From the IMG/VR virus record IMGVR_UViG_3300009183_008543, positions 32,001-96,000 of that record: a stretch of 64,000 nt of DNA. One strand, given 5' to 3'. This document shows positions 30,310 through 39,787 of the stretch, in pieces. Numbering within the stretch: position 1 is the stretch's first letter; every line of letters begins with the position of its first letter. Both the position numbers and the translations under genes were made by a program. Below the pieces are notes generated by a model that saw only the letters and a list, made by a program, of their open reading frames with translations, made no database searches and was not told where the DNA came from. Source of the DNA: a virus.

Positions 30310-30888
30310 TTAAAATTCATCATTTGAAATTTCTTTTAATCCATAAGGAATTTTAATTTCTTCTTTTTTTTGCACAATTTCTTCTTGTTTTTGATCTTTT
30401 AAAATTTCTTCTTGTTTCGGAAAAATTTCAATTTCTTCTTGTTTTGAAACAATTTCTTCTTGTTTTTGAGTTTTATTTATTTCTGGCATGTCCATTTCAT
30501 CAAAATCATTTTTTATGCTTTTGATTGATGGCAAAGACATATTTTTTGGCTCTGGTTTTTTAAAATCGTCATTTAACGAATCTAATTTTTTGTAATTACT
30601 ATCACCTAATTCGCCAATAAATAAAGGACGACTTTTATGAGCAGCCTTCTGAGCAATTGCAAGATTATTTTGAAAGTTCTTCCCAAAATTAGAATAAGCA
30701 CTGTGTGGATATTTGCTTACCATTTTTTTAAGTTCTTCTTTTACTGTTTCATCGTAACCTCTCTTATCAATCCAAGCAAATATTTTATCTAATGTTAAAA
30801 TCCTAAAGTCACGATTTGGCTGTGTATCTTGATCATTTTTTAATTGCGTTACCTTAAATTTCATTGATTCTGCTGAGTGATCTGGCAT
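30310..30888 (-). CDS. Hypothetical protein with KQEEI repeats
   Basis: Five K[QK]EEI units near the C-terminus. Confidence 0.65.
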   Translation of the reverse strand: MPDHSAESMKFKVTQLKNDQDTQPNRDFRILTLDKIFAWIDKRGYDETVKEELKKMVSKYPHSAYSNFGKNFQNNLAIAQKAAHKSRPLFIGELGDSNYKKLDSLNDDFKKPEPKNMSLPSIKSIKNDFDEMDMPEINKTQKQEEIVSKQEEIEIFPKQEEILKDQKQEEIVQKKEEIKIPYGLKEISNDEF

Positions 30889-30894
30889 AATTTC

Positions 30895-31215
30895 CTACTT
30901 TTTTGTTTTTTCATTTTGAACTGAAATATTTTCCATATCAGGAGTAAGACCAAAAAACGATTTGTCTCCCTGTCTTGCATGACTCATATTTTCAAAAATA
31001 TGTGCTGGAATTGCAAAATCTAAACTTTCTATCGAATTAGAACAATGTTTTACAAGTTCATTTTCTATAAATTCTTTTTTTTGCTGATCCATGCTTCCGA
31101 CAAAGAATACTTTTTTAGAAGTGTGTTCAAAAAAAACCAACACAGATTCCGAAGAATCTTCTTCTTTTAATGTTATTTGGAATGGAGTCAACATATTTAT
31201 TTCTGATATTTGCAT
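30895..31215 (-). CDS. Hypothetical protein
   Basis: Probable start MQISE avoids overlap with the divergent gene. Confidence 0.55.
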   Translation of the reverse strand: MQISEINMLTPFQITLKEEDSSESVLVFFEHTSKKVFFVGSMDQQKKEFIENELVKHCSNSIESLDFAIPAHIFENMSHARQGDKSFFGLTPDMENISVQNEKTKK

Positions 31216-31235
31216 TGTAACTCGTAAATATAAAC

Positions 31236-31580
31236 ATGAAAAGTAATTTTTCCATGTACTGTAGATTACAAGAGTTATGTGAATCTCACTCTTTGTATAT
31301 TCCAGAAAATTTTGATTGGGTAAAACCATATTTGAGCTTACTGCCCAATTATGATTTGCAATTGCCCATTATAACCAGAAAGTCAAAGATTCACATGATT
31401 CAAAGAAATAAGAATCCAATAACAATACATTTCGAGAACGGAGGAAAAATGTATTGTAGTCACGATGAATTTCTTCGTTTGCCAAAAAATCTGGAGCTTG
31501 GGAAAACAATTGAATACACTCTTTTTGATCGTGGTTTCGATAAGCCCATGATCATAAAATCTTTTAAAATTATTTCTTAA
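31236..31580 (+). CDS. Hypothetical phage protein
   Basis: N-terminus MKSNFSMYCRLQE. TAAATA lies 5 nt upstream of the ATG. Confidence 0.65.
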   Translation: MKSNFSMYCRLQELCESHSLYIPENFDWVKPYLSLLPNYDLQLPIITRKSKIHMIQRNKNPITIHFENGGKMYCSHDEFLRLPKNLELGKTIEYTLFDRGFDKPMIIKSFKIIS

Positions 31581-31773
31581 TCTTATTGATATCAATCTTA
31601 TCTGGATCAAATCCGGGAGAAAAAGGCGAAGGAGAGTATTCCCTTTGTAACTTTTGAATAACTCTATCCGCTACTTTATCTACAATGATTTTATTGCAAA
31701 CCAATAAAATAAAAATAAATGAAGCAATAATAACCACCGGAATAAACAATTTGTTTTCTGTAATGTCTTTCAT
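31570..31773 (-). CDS. Small single-pass membrane protein
   Basis: AGGAG RBS and one transmembrane helix. Confidence 0.65.
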   Translation of the reverse strand: MKDITENKLFIPVVIIASFIFILLVCNKIIVDKVADRVIQKLQREYSPSPFSPGFDPDKIDINKIKK

Positions 31774-31789
31774 AAGTCTCCTATATTAT

Positions 31790-32836
31790 CTATAAATATT
31801 TTTTTGTTTTTTCAATCCAATCTTGTCTTCTTTTGGAAACATGCTTTTCTTCAAATTCTGTAAGCTTTGCAACAATATCTTCATATTCTTGAGGCATATT
31901 TCTAGGAACATCAAGCTTTGGTATTATAAACATATCGCCCAATACAGATTTGCCACCCGGCAACCCCTTTCCAGCAATTCTAATTTGAGAATTTGGATAA
32001 GTTCCAGATGGTATCTTTGCTACTATTTTTTCTTTATAAACAGTTGGAACCTCTACTTCAAATCCCTTATAAAGTTGAGGATATGTACATGGCATTTCAA
32101 TAATTATATGATTGTCATGTCTCTGAAAAATTTCATGCTTCAATACATTTACCAAAATGATAAGATCACCAGCAGAACCTCTCTTTTCTCGACAAGGCTC
32201 ACCTTGTCCAGAAAATTTCATCATGCCATCAACAGCACCCGCTGCTATATTAATTTGTATTTCTGCAGATTCTTGTTCTTTTGAAAAACTAGATCCAGAA
32301 CACACATCACAAGATTCTGCACTTATTTTTCCAGAACCGGCACAAGTCGAACATTGAGTTTGCAAATTAAAATTTGGCTCTATTTTGACAAATTGCAGAC
32401 CACTTCCATTACATTTATTACATGTCTGAATAGATTTAGAACCACTACCAGAACATGTATTGCAAATCTTACTTTTTGTCACACTAATTGTTTTGGAACA
32501 ACCAGATGCAATTTCTTCTAAAGTTACATCAACTTTAGATTGTATATTTCTACCTTTAAATGTTGATCTTCCAAAAATATCATTCATGGTTTGTGAAAAA
32601 CCATGCGACCATTCATTATTTGATCCAGAAAAACCAAATTGATCAAAATGACCCTTTTTACGAGGATCATTTAAAATGTCATAGGCTTCTTGAACATCAC
32701 GAAATTTTTTTTCGGCATCAAGAACGCCTATATTTCTATCTGGATGATATTGTTTTGCCAACTTTCTGTAGGCATTTTGAATATCATCAGAATTAGAATT
32801 TCTGGAGAGACCCAGTATTTGATAAGGGTCATTCAT
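31790..32836 (-). CDS. dnaJ: DnaJ co-chaperone
   Basis: J domain with YHPDRN, four CxxCxGx[GS] zinc motifs, and a C-terminal GDL/GKGLP domain. Confidence 0.93.
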   Translation of the reverse strand: MNDPYQILGLSRNSNSDDIQNAYRKLAKQYHPDRNIGVLDAEKKFRDVQEAYDILNDPRKKGHFDQFGFSGSNNEWSHGFSQTMNDIFGRSTFKGRNIQSKVDVTLEEIASGCSKTISVTKSKICNTCSGSGSKSIQTCNKCNGSGLQFVKIEPNFNLQTQCSTCAGSGKISAESCDVCSGSSFSKEQESAEIQINIAAGAVDGMMKFSGQGEPCREKRGSAGDLIILVNVLKHEIFQRHDNHIIIEMPCTYPQLYKGFEVEVPTVYKEKIVAKIPSGTYPNSQIRIAGKGLPGGKSVLGDMFIIPKLDVPRNMPQEYEDIVAKLTEFEEKHVSKRRQDWIEKTKKYL

Positions 32837-32847
32837 ATAATAATTTC

Positions 32848-33186
32848 CTACTCAGACAAAACCGCCCTAATTGCCATAGGTTCCATCAAAAAAGTATCTC
32901 TATGTGTTCCGTTTACATTTGGAGATAAAACACCAGCACCACTAATAAGAACTCTATCACCAACCTTAAAGCCCCAAGATTCATCATAGGTTGGTCCTAC
33001 AGCCTTTACATAGCCTTGGAGTGGAACCTTAGGATCAGTTCCATCAGATAGCTTAAGAACAGTATTCATGAGTTCTTGTGCAGTTAAAACTTCAACAAGG
33101 ATTTGAGATCCGCAAGGTTTAACTCCCTTGATAGAAGACGAACAAGATAAAGCCATTCCATCTGCTCCAACAATTTTCTTAGTCAT
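32848..33186 (-). CDS. groES: GroES/Cpn10-like co-chaperonin
   Basis: VKPCGSQILVE...GYVKAVGP...FKVGDRVL...IRAVL. No groEL nearby. Confidence 0.75.
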   Translation of the reverse strand: MTKKIVGADGMALSCSSSIKGVKPCGSQILVEVLTAQELMNTVLKLSDGTDPKVPLQGYVKAVGPTYDESWGFKVGDRVLISGAGVLSPNVNGTHRDTFLMEPMAIRAVLSE

Positions 33187-33238
33187 ATAAATGCCCTTTG
33201 TAAAAATTCCTGATTATTATTTGTTATAGTAACTTTTA

Positions 33239-33475
33239 TTATATTTCTTCGCTACTAAAATAATGAAAATTTGGCAATATTGGTGCTGTAGTCAAAGTTA
33301 TTTTTCCAACTGAATCAACAATATCTCCTGATGGGAGTTTTTTATAAAAGTCTTCCACTAAATTATCACAAAAATTATCAATTAGGTCTAAATGACCAAA
33401 ACATCCTTCTTGATATACTGATTTCACAAAAGATAAAAGTTCTTCTTTGTTTATAAGTTTGCAATCCTTATTCAT
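33239..33475 (-). CDS. Hypothetical protein
   Basis: GAGG RBS, 78 aa. Confidence 0.55.
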   Translation of the reverse strand: MNKDCKLINKEELLSFVKSVYQEGCFGHLDLIDNFCDNLVEDFYKKLPSGDIVDSVGKITLTTAPILPNFHYFSSEEI

Positions 33476-33482
33476 ATAATCC

Positions 33483-34691
33483 TCACAGCCAATAAGTAAT
33501 AAAATAACACTTGTGATCTTTTTCAGCCACTATGATTGGATAAAAAATATTATTTTGAATCATATAACGATCAAAATCAAGCTTGCAATCGTTATAATCT
33601 TTATGTCTTCTTTCACAACCATTCAAATCAACAAAACCATAATGAGACTCATATTCTGGAATCTTAACTGATGGAACAATTATTCCAAAAAAATCAAAAA
33701 TAGGTTTATTTCCAACTTCTGGAAAATTATCTAATGTATTAAAAACGCCATTTACATTATCGGTTACAATAGATTTGAAATAAGATAAAGGATAAATAAT
33801 TGGCTGATATTCAAAGGCATCTAAATTTGAATCGCCAATAAATTTAACTCCCTGCAAATAATCATTTTTTATACTTATTTTTAAATTATCAGAAGAAAAT
33901 TGATAATCTATGTTTTCAACCTTCATTTCAAAGCCAATATTTCTTGCCAATATAATAGCAGATGAAGACATTGTTATTCTGTTGAATCCAAAGTATGTAT
34001 TATATACATGATCTTGAATATTTATAAGGTTTTTTCTAATCTCTTGAGCCAACATCAAACAACCCATTTGTTCGTATCTATCAGCCTTAATTTCCATGTC
34101 TTTTAATTCAGAAAACAAAGATTCATCGAAACGCAAGTGCTTATAAAAATCTTGCGAGTGACTTGTATAATAACTAATTCCTTTTTTATAAACTCCATGC
34201 AAATCAATAAATTGCATCTTCTTTTGACATCTTATTTTTTCAATTTTATCTCTATCGTTGACAAAGCGAACATTACATCTATTTTTTTCTGGTTCATCTA
34301 TTTTCATGATAGAGTTATATTTTTTTTCAATATAATTTATTGAATGTTCCATCAAAATATTTTGAACATGTGCAAATTCTTTTTTTTTCAATAATTTATA
34401 AGATATAATTATTTCATTTATAAAATGCGAAAGATCACTTTTATCTTTAAATGATCCATCATAGCAATTTGAAAGGTCTGGATGTTTTCTATCGATTGAA
34501 GAAAAAAAAGCATACATCTTCTTACCAATACTTCCAAACAATGATTCAATCAATTGCTCGTCACAAGACAAAATTTTATCTATAATCTTACAATCAGACT
34601 TTTTTAATTTTAAATTATTCTTTGTTCGATTGAGTCTTTTACAAAACTCTTCAAAAAAAGCTTTTGTATTATCTGACAAAATATTATTCAT
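33483..34691 (-). CDS. Hypothetical protein
   Basis: 402-aa ORF with no recognisable motif. Confidence 0.7.
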   Translation of the reverse strand: MNNILSDNTKAFFEEFCKRLNRTKNNLKLKKSDCKIIDKILSCDEQLIESLFGSIGKKMYAFFSSIDRKHPDLSNCYDGSFKDKSDLSHFINEIIISYKLLKKKEFAHVQNILMEHSINYIEKKYNSIMKIDEPEKNRCNVRFVNDRDKIEKIRCQKKMQFIDLHGVYKKGISYYTSHSQDFYKHLRFDESLFSELKDMEIKADRYEQMGCLMLAQEIRKNLINIQDHVYNTYFGFNRITMSSSAIILARNIGFEMKVENIDYQFSSDNLKISIKNDYLQGVKFIGDSNLDAFEYQPIIYPLSYFKSIVTDNVNGVFNTLDNFPEVGNKPIFDFFGIIVPSVKIPEYESHYGFVDLNGCERRHKDYNDCKLDFDRYMIQNNIFYPIIVAEKDHKCYFITYWL

Positions 34692-34698
34692 TTGTGCC

Positions 34699-35256
34699 TC
34701 ATGATTTGGAAAATATACTACAAATCATTTTTGAGCCATCAAATTTTGGTGCAATTTCCACTTGACTTTCTTTAGCTAAACCATCGATCAACTTTTGCAT
34801 CAAAATAATTCCACCTTCACGATGATTCATTTCCCTGCCTTTGAATTTTATTACAAACTGCACCTTATAACCATCTTCAAGAAACTTTCTTGCCTGACTA
34901 AGCTTTGTTTCAATATCTCCACACGCAATTGCTGGACGCAATCTAATTTCTTTATACTGAACAGTTGCTTCTCTTTGCTTTTTTGCCGCCTCTTTTTCCT
35001 TCAGCTTCTTTTCATATTTAAATTTTCCATAATCCATTATTTTACATATAGGTGGAGATGTATTTGCAACTACTTCGACTAAATCTAAACCAGCTTCATC
35101 GGCAATTTTTCTGGCATAGTCTGTATTTACGATTCCAAGCTGTTCATCTCCATTTGAAAGTCTAACTTGTGGTACTTTTATTTGAAAATTTATTCTTAAC
35201 TCACCGGGCTTTAAAAAATTGTTATTGTCTGGTCTTCGATAATTCGAATGATACAT
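34699..35256 (-). CDS. infC: Translation initiation factor IF-3
   Basis: RINFQI...VRL...GLDLVEV...PPICKIMDYGKFKYE...KEIRLRP...ARKFLEDGYKV...FKGRE. Confidence 0.95.
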   Translation of the reverse strand: MYHSNYRRPDNNNFLKPGELRINFQIKVPQVRLSNGDEQLGIVNTDYARKIADEAGLDLVEVVANTSPPICKIMDYGKFKYEKKLKEKEAAKKQREATVQYKEIRLRPAIACGDIETKLSQARKFLEDGYKVQFVIKFKGREMNHREGGIILMQKLIDGLAKESQVEIAPKFDGSKMICSIFSKS

Positions 35257-36767
35257 TAATTTTTTCCTTCATTGAAATTCAAATTTATAATACTAAGCTC
35301 TTTAGATTTTAGGCACTGATTGATTATACTTTCTAAATCAGTCTCGGAATTGGCTGCATAGCCATTTCCAGATCCATAAAAATCTCTAAACATTTTGAAA
35401 TTAAATCCAGTGTTTCCCAAAACGATAATGATTGGGTTTAACTTAAATTTCAATATGGTCGGTAACTCTAACATAGATATTTTAAATGAATTCTCATCAA
35501 TAATAACTATTGGTCTCAATTCTTGCTTTGCTAATTGAACTCCCAAACATCCGGGAATGGCAAATCCACTAGAATATTTGAATGCTGGACTGAAAAATCT
35601 ACTTTGTCTAACTTTAATCTTTGATGCATATATGAGATAATCGCCAGCATCAGATATTACAGTAAGATTCTTATCATTTGCCATAAGTTGATCTATAAAT
35701 GAAAATAATTTTGAATATTTTTTACAATCATTTTCATTTAAAGTTTTATAATCAACAACTTTTTTGGCGAATGATTTTGCAAATAAAGAATTACAAAAAT
35801 CTATAAATGTAACATTGTTATAAACATGATTTTTTATATACAATCCATCGGTAGAACAAAAAACAACTTGCCTTTTAGCAAATCTTGGAGATTCAAATCC
35901 TAAAGTCATATCAGCAATACATTCTCCAAAAACCAACAAACAATCACTACTATCAATCATTTCAATTACTTTTGCATCAGAAGATTTCCCGCAATAAACT
36001 CCACAAAATAAAGGATGATTTTCATCAATCGATGATTTTCCCAATAGCGTTGTCATAAATGGAATATTATACTTTTCAGCAAAACGAACCAATCTATCAC
36101 TTAATCCATAACGAACAACTTGAACTCCAACTAAAATAACTGGTTTATTTGATGATTCAAGCCAAATAGAAGTCTCTTCTATGGCATCACTTAAAGTTTC
36201 CGCATCACTTAATTTTGTGCTTGGTGTGCCTTGACGATAAACATCGTATTTTATTGGTGTGTTTGCAATATCGACTGGTAATTCCAAATAAATTGGTTGT
36301 TTTTTATTTTGTAGATCTTCAATAGCAGAATCTATCGCAAATCCAGCTTTTGTTGCATCATCTAATATTATTGAATTACATGTTATATTTTTAAATATTT
36401 TTTGCTGGTTATCAAAGCTTTTTACCAAATGATGAAGAATAAAATCTTTATTTCTATTTTTTATAGATGGAGAAATAGAAACAACTAAAATAGGAGATTT
36501 TTCTGCGTAGGCTCCAGCAATAGAATTACATAATTTTAATGCACCAGCATTGTAATTTGCACAAACACAACCGACTCCATTTATTCTTGCATATGTATCT
36601 GCAGAAAATCCAGAGCCTGTTTCATCAACATTATTTATGAATTGAATTTTATTGCTTAATTTTATATTTTCAATAAATGGATTGCCGTCTTGTCTAGAAA
36701 CTCCAAATATGTGTTTTACACCTAGATTTTCTAGTCTTTCAATAAGAAATTCAGAGACAGAAGGCAT
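35256..36767 (-). CDS. Indolepyruvate/pyruvate decarboxylase-like ThDP-family protein with degenerate cofactor motif
   Basis: FLIERLENLGVKHIFGV, E...ADTYARING, GAYAEKSP, LHH, PIYLELPVD, LLGKSSIDENHP. The GDG...NN motif reads IDENSF...LGNT. Confidence 0.85.
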   Translation of the reverse strand: MPSVSEFLIERLENLGVKHIFGVSRQDGNPFIENIKLSNKIQFINNVDETGSGFSADTYARINGVGCVCANYNAGALKLCNSIAGAYAEKSPILVVSISPSIKNRNKDFILHHLVKSFDNQQKIFKNITCNSIILDDATKAGFAIDSAIEDLQNKKQPIYLELPVDIANTPIKYDVYRQGTPSTKLSDAETLSDAIEETSIWLESSNKPVILVGVQVVRYGLSDRLVRFAEKYNIPFMTTLLGKSSIDENHPLFCGVYCGKSSDAKVIEMIDSSDCLLVFGECIADMTLGFESPRFAKRQVVFCSTDGLYIKNHVYNNVTFIDFCNSLFAKSFAKKVVDYKTLNENDCKKYSKLFSFIDQLMANDKNLTVISDAGDYLIYASKIKVRQSRFFSPAFKYSSGFAIPGCLGVQLAKQELRPIVIIDENSFKISMLELPTILKFKLNPIIIVLGNTGFNFKMFRDFYGSGNGYAANSETDLESIINQCLKSKELSIINLNFNEGKN

Positions 36768-36786
36768 AGGCTATTCTCCTACACTA

Positions 36787-37542
36787 CTATGACAACTCAT
36801 TACTTGGACTATCATATATCTTAATTTTATATCCCTCTGTATCGACAGGGAACCTTCTGATCCACTCAACATTTTGAGGAAGGCTGCAATTATAGTCAAC
36901 CAAACTAGGATCAGTAAAACTTGGTGTCGCCATTGCAGCTACAGCTACAGGAGTTACCATTTTCATAAGTTTAAATTCTAAAAAATAACAACCCGGCAAA
37001 CATGTGTCTGCTGGTTGCCAATTATAAACCAAGAAACTTTCTGTAAATACATCTTTTTTAGTTGTTCCGTCAATATTGATAATGTCTTCCATTGCCATTT
37101 CTGTGACTGCCGAAACATTTGTGAATTTTATAATCTTTAAAGATTGTCCTTTTTTCCAAGATTGTACCAAAGTTCCATGATAGCCTCTTTCGACTTGAAC
37201 ATAATAATTTGATTCATCGAAAGCAGTTACCAACAAATGTTCGGATTGTCTTGGTCTATCGATTACTATTACATCTCCAATCATGATTTGATTAAAGCCA
37301 ATATTATCAGCCAAAGAAATGTAAGTATCTGAATCTGAAATAGATGACTTAATCTTTCCATTTGCCCACATACTGGCTTCTAACACCAAATCTGTGAGGT
37401 CCAAAGGTCCATCACAATCTTCGACTTTAATTCGCAAGTCAGGCTTTGTGTCATTCCTGCGAATTTTAAAGTCTGGACAATCATTAGTGCCACAATTATA
37501 TTGATCAATGCATCCAGTATTTGTATTTGATGTACATCCCAT
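36787..37542 (-). CDS. Putative virion structural protein (BppU N-terminal-like Ig fold with an insertion)
   Basis: FKIRRNDTKP...PLDLTD...VYNWQPADT...GCYFLEF...RFP...YKIKI pattern. Upstream CATAAATA. Confidence 0.55.
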   Translation of the reverse strand: MGCTSNTNTGCIDQYNCGTNDCPDFKIRRNDTKPDLRIKVEDCDGPLDLTDLVLEASMWANGKIKSSISDSDTYISLADNIGFNQIMIGDVIVIDRPRQSEHLLVTAFDESNYYVQVERGYHGTLVQSWKKGQSLKIIKFTNVSAVTEMAMEDIINIDGTTKKDVFTESFLVYNWQPADTCLPGCYFLEFKLMKMVTPVAVAAMATPSFTDPSLVDYNCSLPQNVEWIRRFPVDTEGYKIKIYDSPSNELS

Positions 37543-37546
37543 AAAT

Positions 37547-37969
37547 CTATTTATGCGTGTTTGACAATATATCTTTTGAGCGCATGAAAAAAATATAATC
37601 TCTCATCCAATTAAGATTGCCAACATAGGCAAAAATCTCAATTTCTAATGTCGAACACAAAGAAATAACTTCATCGTTAATTTTGAGCGTTTGGAAAAAA
37701 ATTATTTTTTTTACATAGGAATTAGCCAGCATTTGAATTGATTTGTAATCTGGCGTATATGTAAAAAATACCTCTTTGCATTCTGGAATTCCAGTTGTTG
37801 AAGCCATGAATAGCTCCGGATCTAATGAATCTTTTTCAGATTCTCCAGTACAAATATTGAAGTTGTCAAAATAATCAACAAACAAAATACACTTTCCATG
37901 AATTGTTCTAGATGCACTTAAAAGTGCTATTCCCATATAATAATCATTATCACGAACTTTTATGCTCAT
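37547..37969 (-). CDS. dCMP deaminase-like protein lacking zinc ligands
   Basis: DYYMGIALLSASRT N-terminus. The HAE position reads DPE and PCxxC reads PDYKS, followed by VKKIIF. Confidence 0.6.
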   Translation of the reverse strand: MSIKVRDNDYYMGIALLSASRTIHGKCILFVDYFDNFNICTGESEKDSLDPELFMASTTGIPECKEVFFTYTPDYKSIQMLANSYVKKIIFFQTLKINDEVISLCSTLEIEIFAYVGNLNWMRDYIFFMRSKDILSNTHK

Positions 37970-38376
37970 TAACTCGCCACCGTCTGTAAAAATTCGACTT
38001 CTAAATTTTTATATCCCTTTTTCTTTACAAATGACTTAATGGCATTTCTCTGCTCTTCATTCATCAATTTGAAACAAAGTTGCTTGCAGATTGGAACTCT
38101 AATTACATAATTTTCATGTAATTTCAAATAACAGCTATAACCAATATAACCAATACTGATAAAGTCAACACATTCACGCAAATAGGAATCTGATGTGCAA
38201 TCATAAGGATAACCACTTATAGCCGTTCCTTGATAACATGGAATATGCATAAGATTATTATTCTTTTGATTTTCATCTGTGAATACAGCAACCAAATATG
38301 TCTTCTTTGTGCAATCTAAACTTAGATTGATGGATTTTTTTTGACTCGACAACAATGTCTTTATGTTAAAACTCAT
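37969..38376 (-). CDS. Hypothetical protein
   Basis: 135-aa ORF directly downstream of a sigma70-like promoter. Confidence 0.6.
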   Translation of the reverse strand: MSFNIKTLLSSQKKSINLSLDCTKKTYLVAVFTDENQKNNNLMHIPCYQGTAISGYPYDCTSDSYLRECVDFISIGYIGYSCYLKLHENYVIRVPICKQLCFKLMNEEQRNAIKSFVKKKGYKNLEVEFLQTVAS

Positions 38377-38382
38377 AATATC

Positions 38383-38412
38383 ATTGTATAGCTAGAACCA
38401 CATTTCAGTCAA
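38383..38412 (-). promoter_or_regulatory. Sigma70-type promoter, probably giving a leaderless transcript
   Basis: TTGACT (38407-38412), 18 nt, TACAAT (38383-38388). The ATG lies 6 nt downstream with no Shine-Dalgarno (SD) sequence. Confidence 0.5.
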
Positions 38413-38446
38413 TATGACACCATAAAAGTAAAGATTGTTGATCAAA

Positions 38447-38965
38447 TTAAGATGATCTTTTGTCTTTCTTGTCTACTTCTGTTTTTTTCTTTGTTTTATT
38501 TAATTCTATTTTTTTCTTAGGCTTATCTTGTTTCGATATTTTTGCCTTATTCTCTTTTTTGTCTTTTTTGTCTTCTTCTTTATCTTTGTCTTCTTCTTTA
38601 TCTGTAACCTTAACGCCATGCTTCTTCATTATCTTTTTAATCTTTTCTTGAGATTCAGACTTTTTCTTGGCAAGTTGTAATTCCCAAAGATCTTTAGCCA
38701 AAGATTCTACTGACTTTATAAATGCATCTATATTAGGATTAACTAACTTTGAAGCAGATGCCTCCCTAATATACCTTTTCTTTCTTTTCTTTTTTTTGTG
38801 GCTTCGCTTTAAAGCTTTGGTAAGCCTTTCGACTTGCCAAGGAGGTGGTGTTCCGTGGCTGAATATATCAGCAACAGGAGGAGCCAAACCTAATGAGGCT
38901 TGTGTTTTAAGCCTTGTTGCTGGACTTGATTCTCGTATTTTTACCCAATCAGAAAATTTAATCAT
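38447..38965 (-). CDS. Lys-rich hypothetical phage protein
   Basis: N-terminus MIKFSDWVKIRE, with highly basic tracts. Confidence 0.65.
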   Translation of the reverse strand: MIKFSDWVKIRESSPATRLKTQASLGLAPPVADIFSHGTPPPWQVERLTKALKRSHKKKKRKKRYIREASASKLVNPNIDAFIKSVESLAKDLWELQLAKKKSESQEKIKKIMKKHGVKVTDKEEDKDKEEDKKDKKENKAKISKQDKPKKKIELNKTKKKTEVDKKDKRSS

Positions 38966-38975
38966 AGTGAACTAG

Positions 38976-39293
38976 TTATACTTTTGGCAATGAAGTTATA
39001 GAAAATTTTCCATTTTCTATTTTTACCAAAAAGTCAAAATCTAATTCTTTTTTAGCTTTAGCATGAGCTTCCTGTAATTTAAGCAAAGCATTCCACATAA
39101 TTTTCATATATCGTTCTTGGCAATATATTCCAGTATGATCGACAAAGTTTCTATAATTCCCAAAGAGAAAAATGTATCTTAAAAAAGAAATCTGAATATT
39201 TGTTGTAAAATATTTCAGCAGATACTTTTTTTCTCTTGGAAATTCATAGTTTTCAAAATCTCCAGCGATAAATATCGCATCTTCCTTAGACAT
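38976..39293 (-). CDS. Hypothetical protein
   Basis: 105-aa coupled ORF. Confidence 0.6.
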   Translation of the reverse strand: MSKEDAIFIAGDFENYEFPREKKYLLKYFTTNIQISFLRYIFLFGNYRNFVDHTGIYCQERYMKIMWNALLKLQEAHAKAKKELDFDFLVKIENGKFSITSLPKV

Positions 39294-39693
39294 TAATTTG
39301 AATGCCCTTTACAAATTTCAAATACATTAGCATCATACCGCCAACAAATTGCTGTGGCACTCCTGCCTTACTTATAACAGATATTGATTCCGCAACCATT
39401 TTAATGTCAGGGGCGACATCTCCATTCATCTTGGTATCTTCTTCTGAAATATTACGCATACATTCGTAGGCTATATCGACACTATCGATCAACGATGTTG
39501 ACAAAACCATTGAAACTTTCTTTTCGTTTGTGACCATATACTTAGGAATCTTACCACCACAATGCATACTCTTATCTTCAAAGAATTTGTCTATACATTC
39601 TTTGACAAATTTATGAATACTTTGAGTTATTGGGTCTGAAGATTGATCGCTATTGTCTTCGAAAAAATCGTCTTCAAAAAAATCGTCACGCAT
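39286..39693 (-). CDS. Hypothetical protein
   Basis: AAGGAG RBS. Acidic N-terminus DDFFEDDFFED. Confidence 0.6.
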   Translation of the reverse strand: MRDDFFEDDFFEDNSDQSSDPITQSIHKFVKECIDKFFEDKSMHCGGKIPKYMVTNEKKVSMVLSTSLIDSVDIAYECMRNISEEDTKMNGDVAPDIKMVAESISVISKAGVPQQFVGGMMLMYLKFVKGIQINV

Positions 39694-39779
39694 GTGTGCT
39701 TACTCCTTGCAGCTAGGGTGATATTTGTTTGGTATTTAATCCTATATTTCAACCAAACAAAATTTATAGACTTGGTAAG

Positions 39780-39787
39780 TATAAATA
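39780..39787 (+). promoter_or_regulatory. T4-type late promoter motif TATAAATA
   Basis: Exact TATAAATA upstream of the GAGGTG RBS of the lipoprotein gene. Confidence 0.5.
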
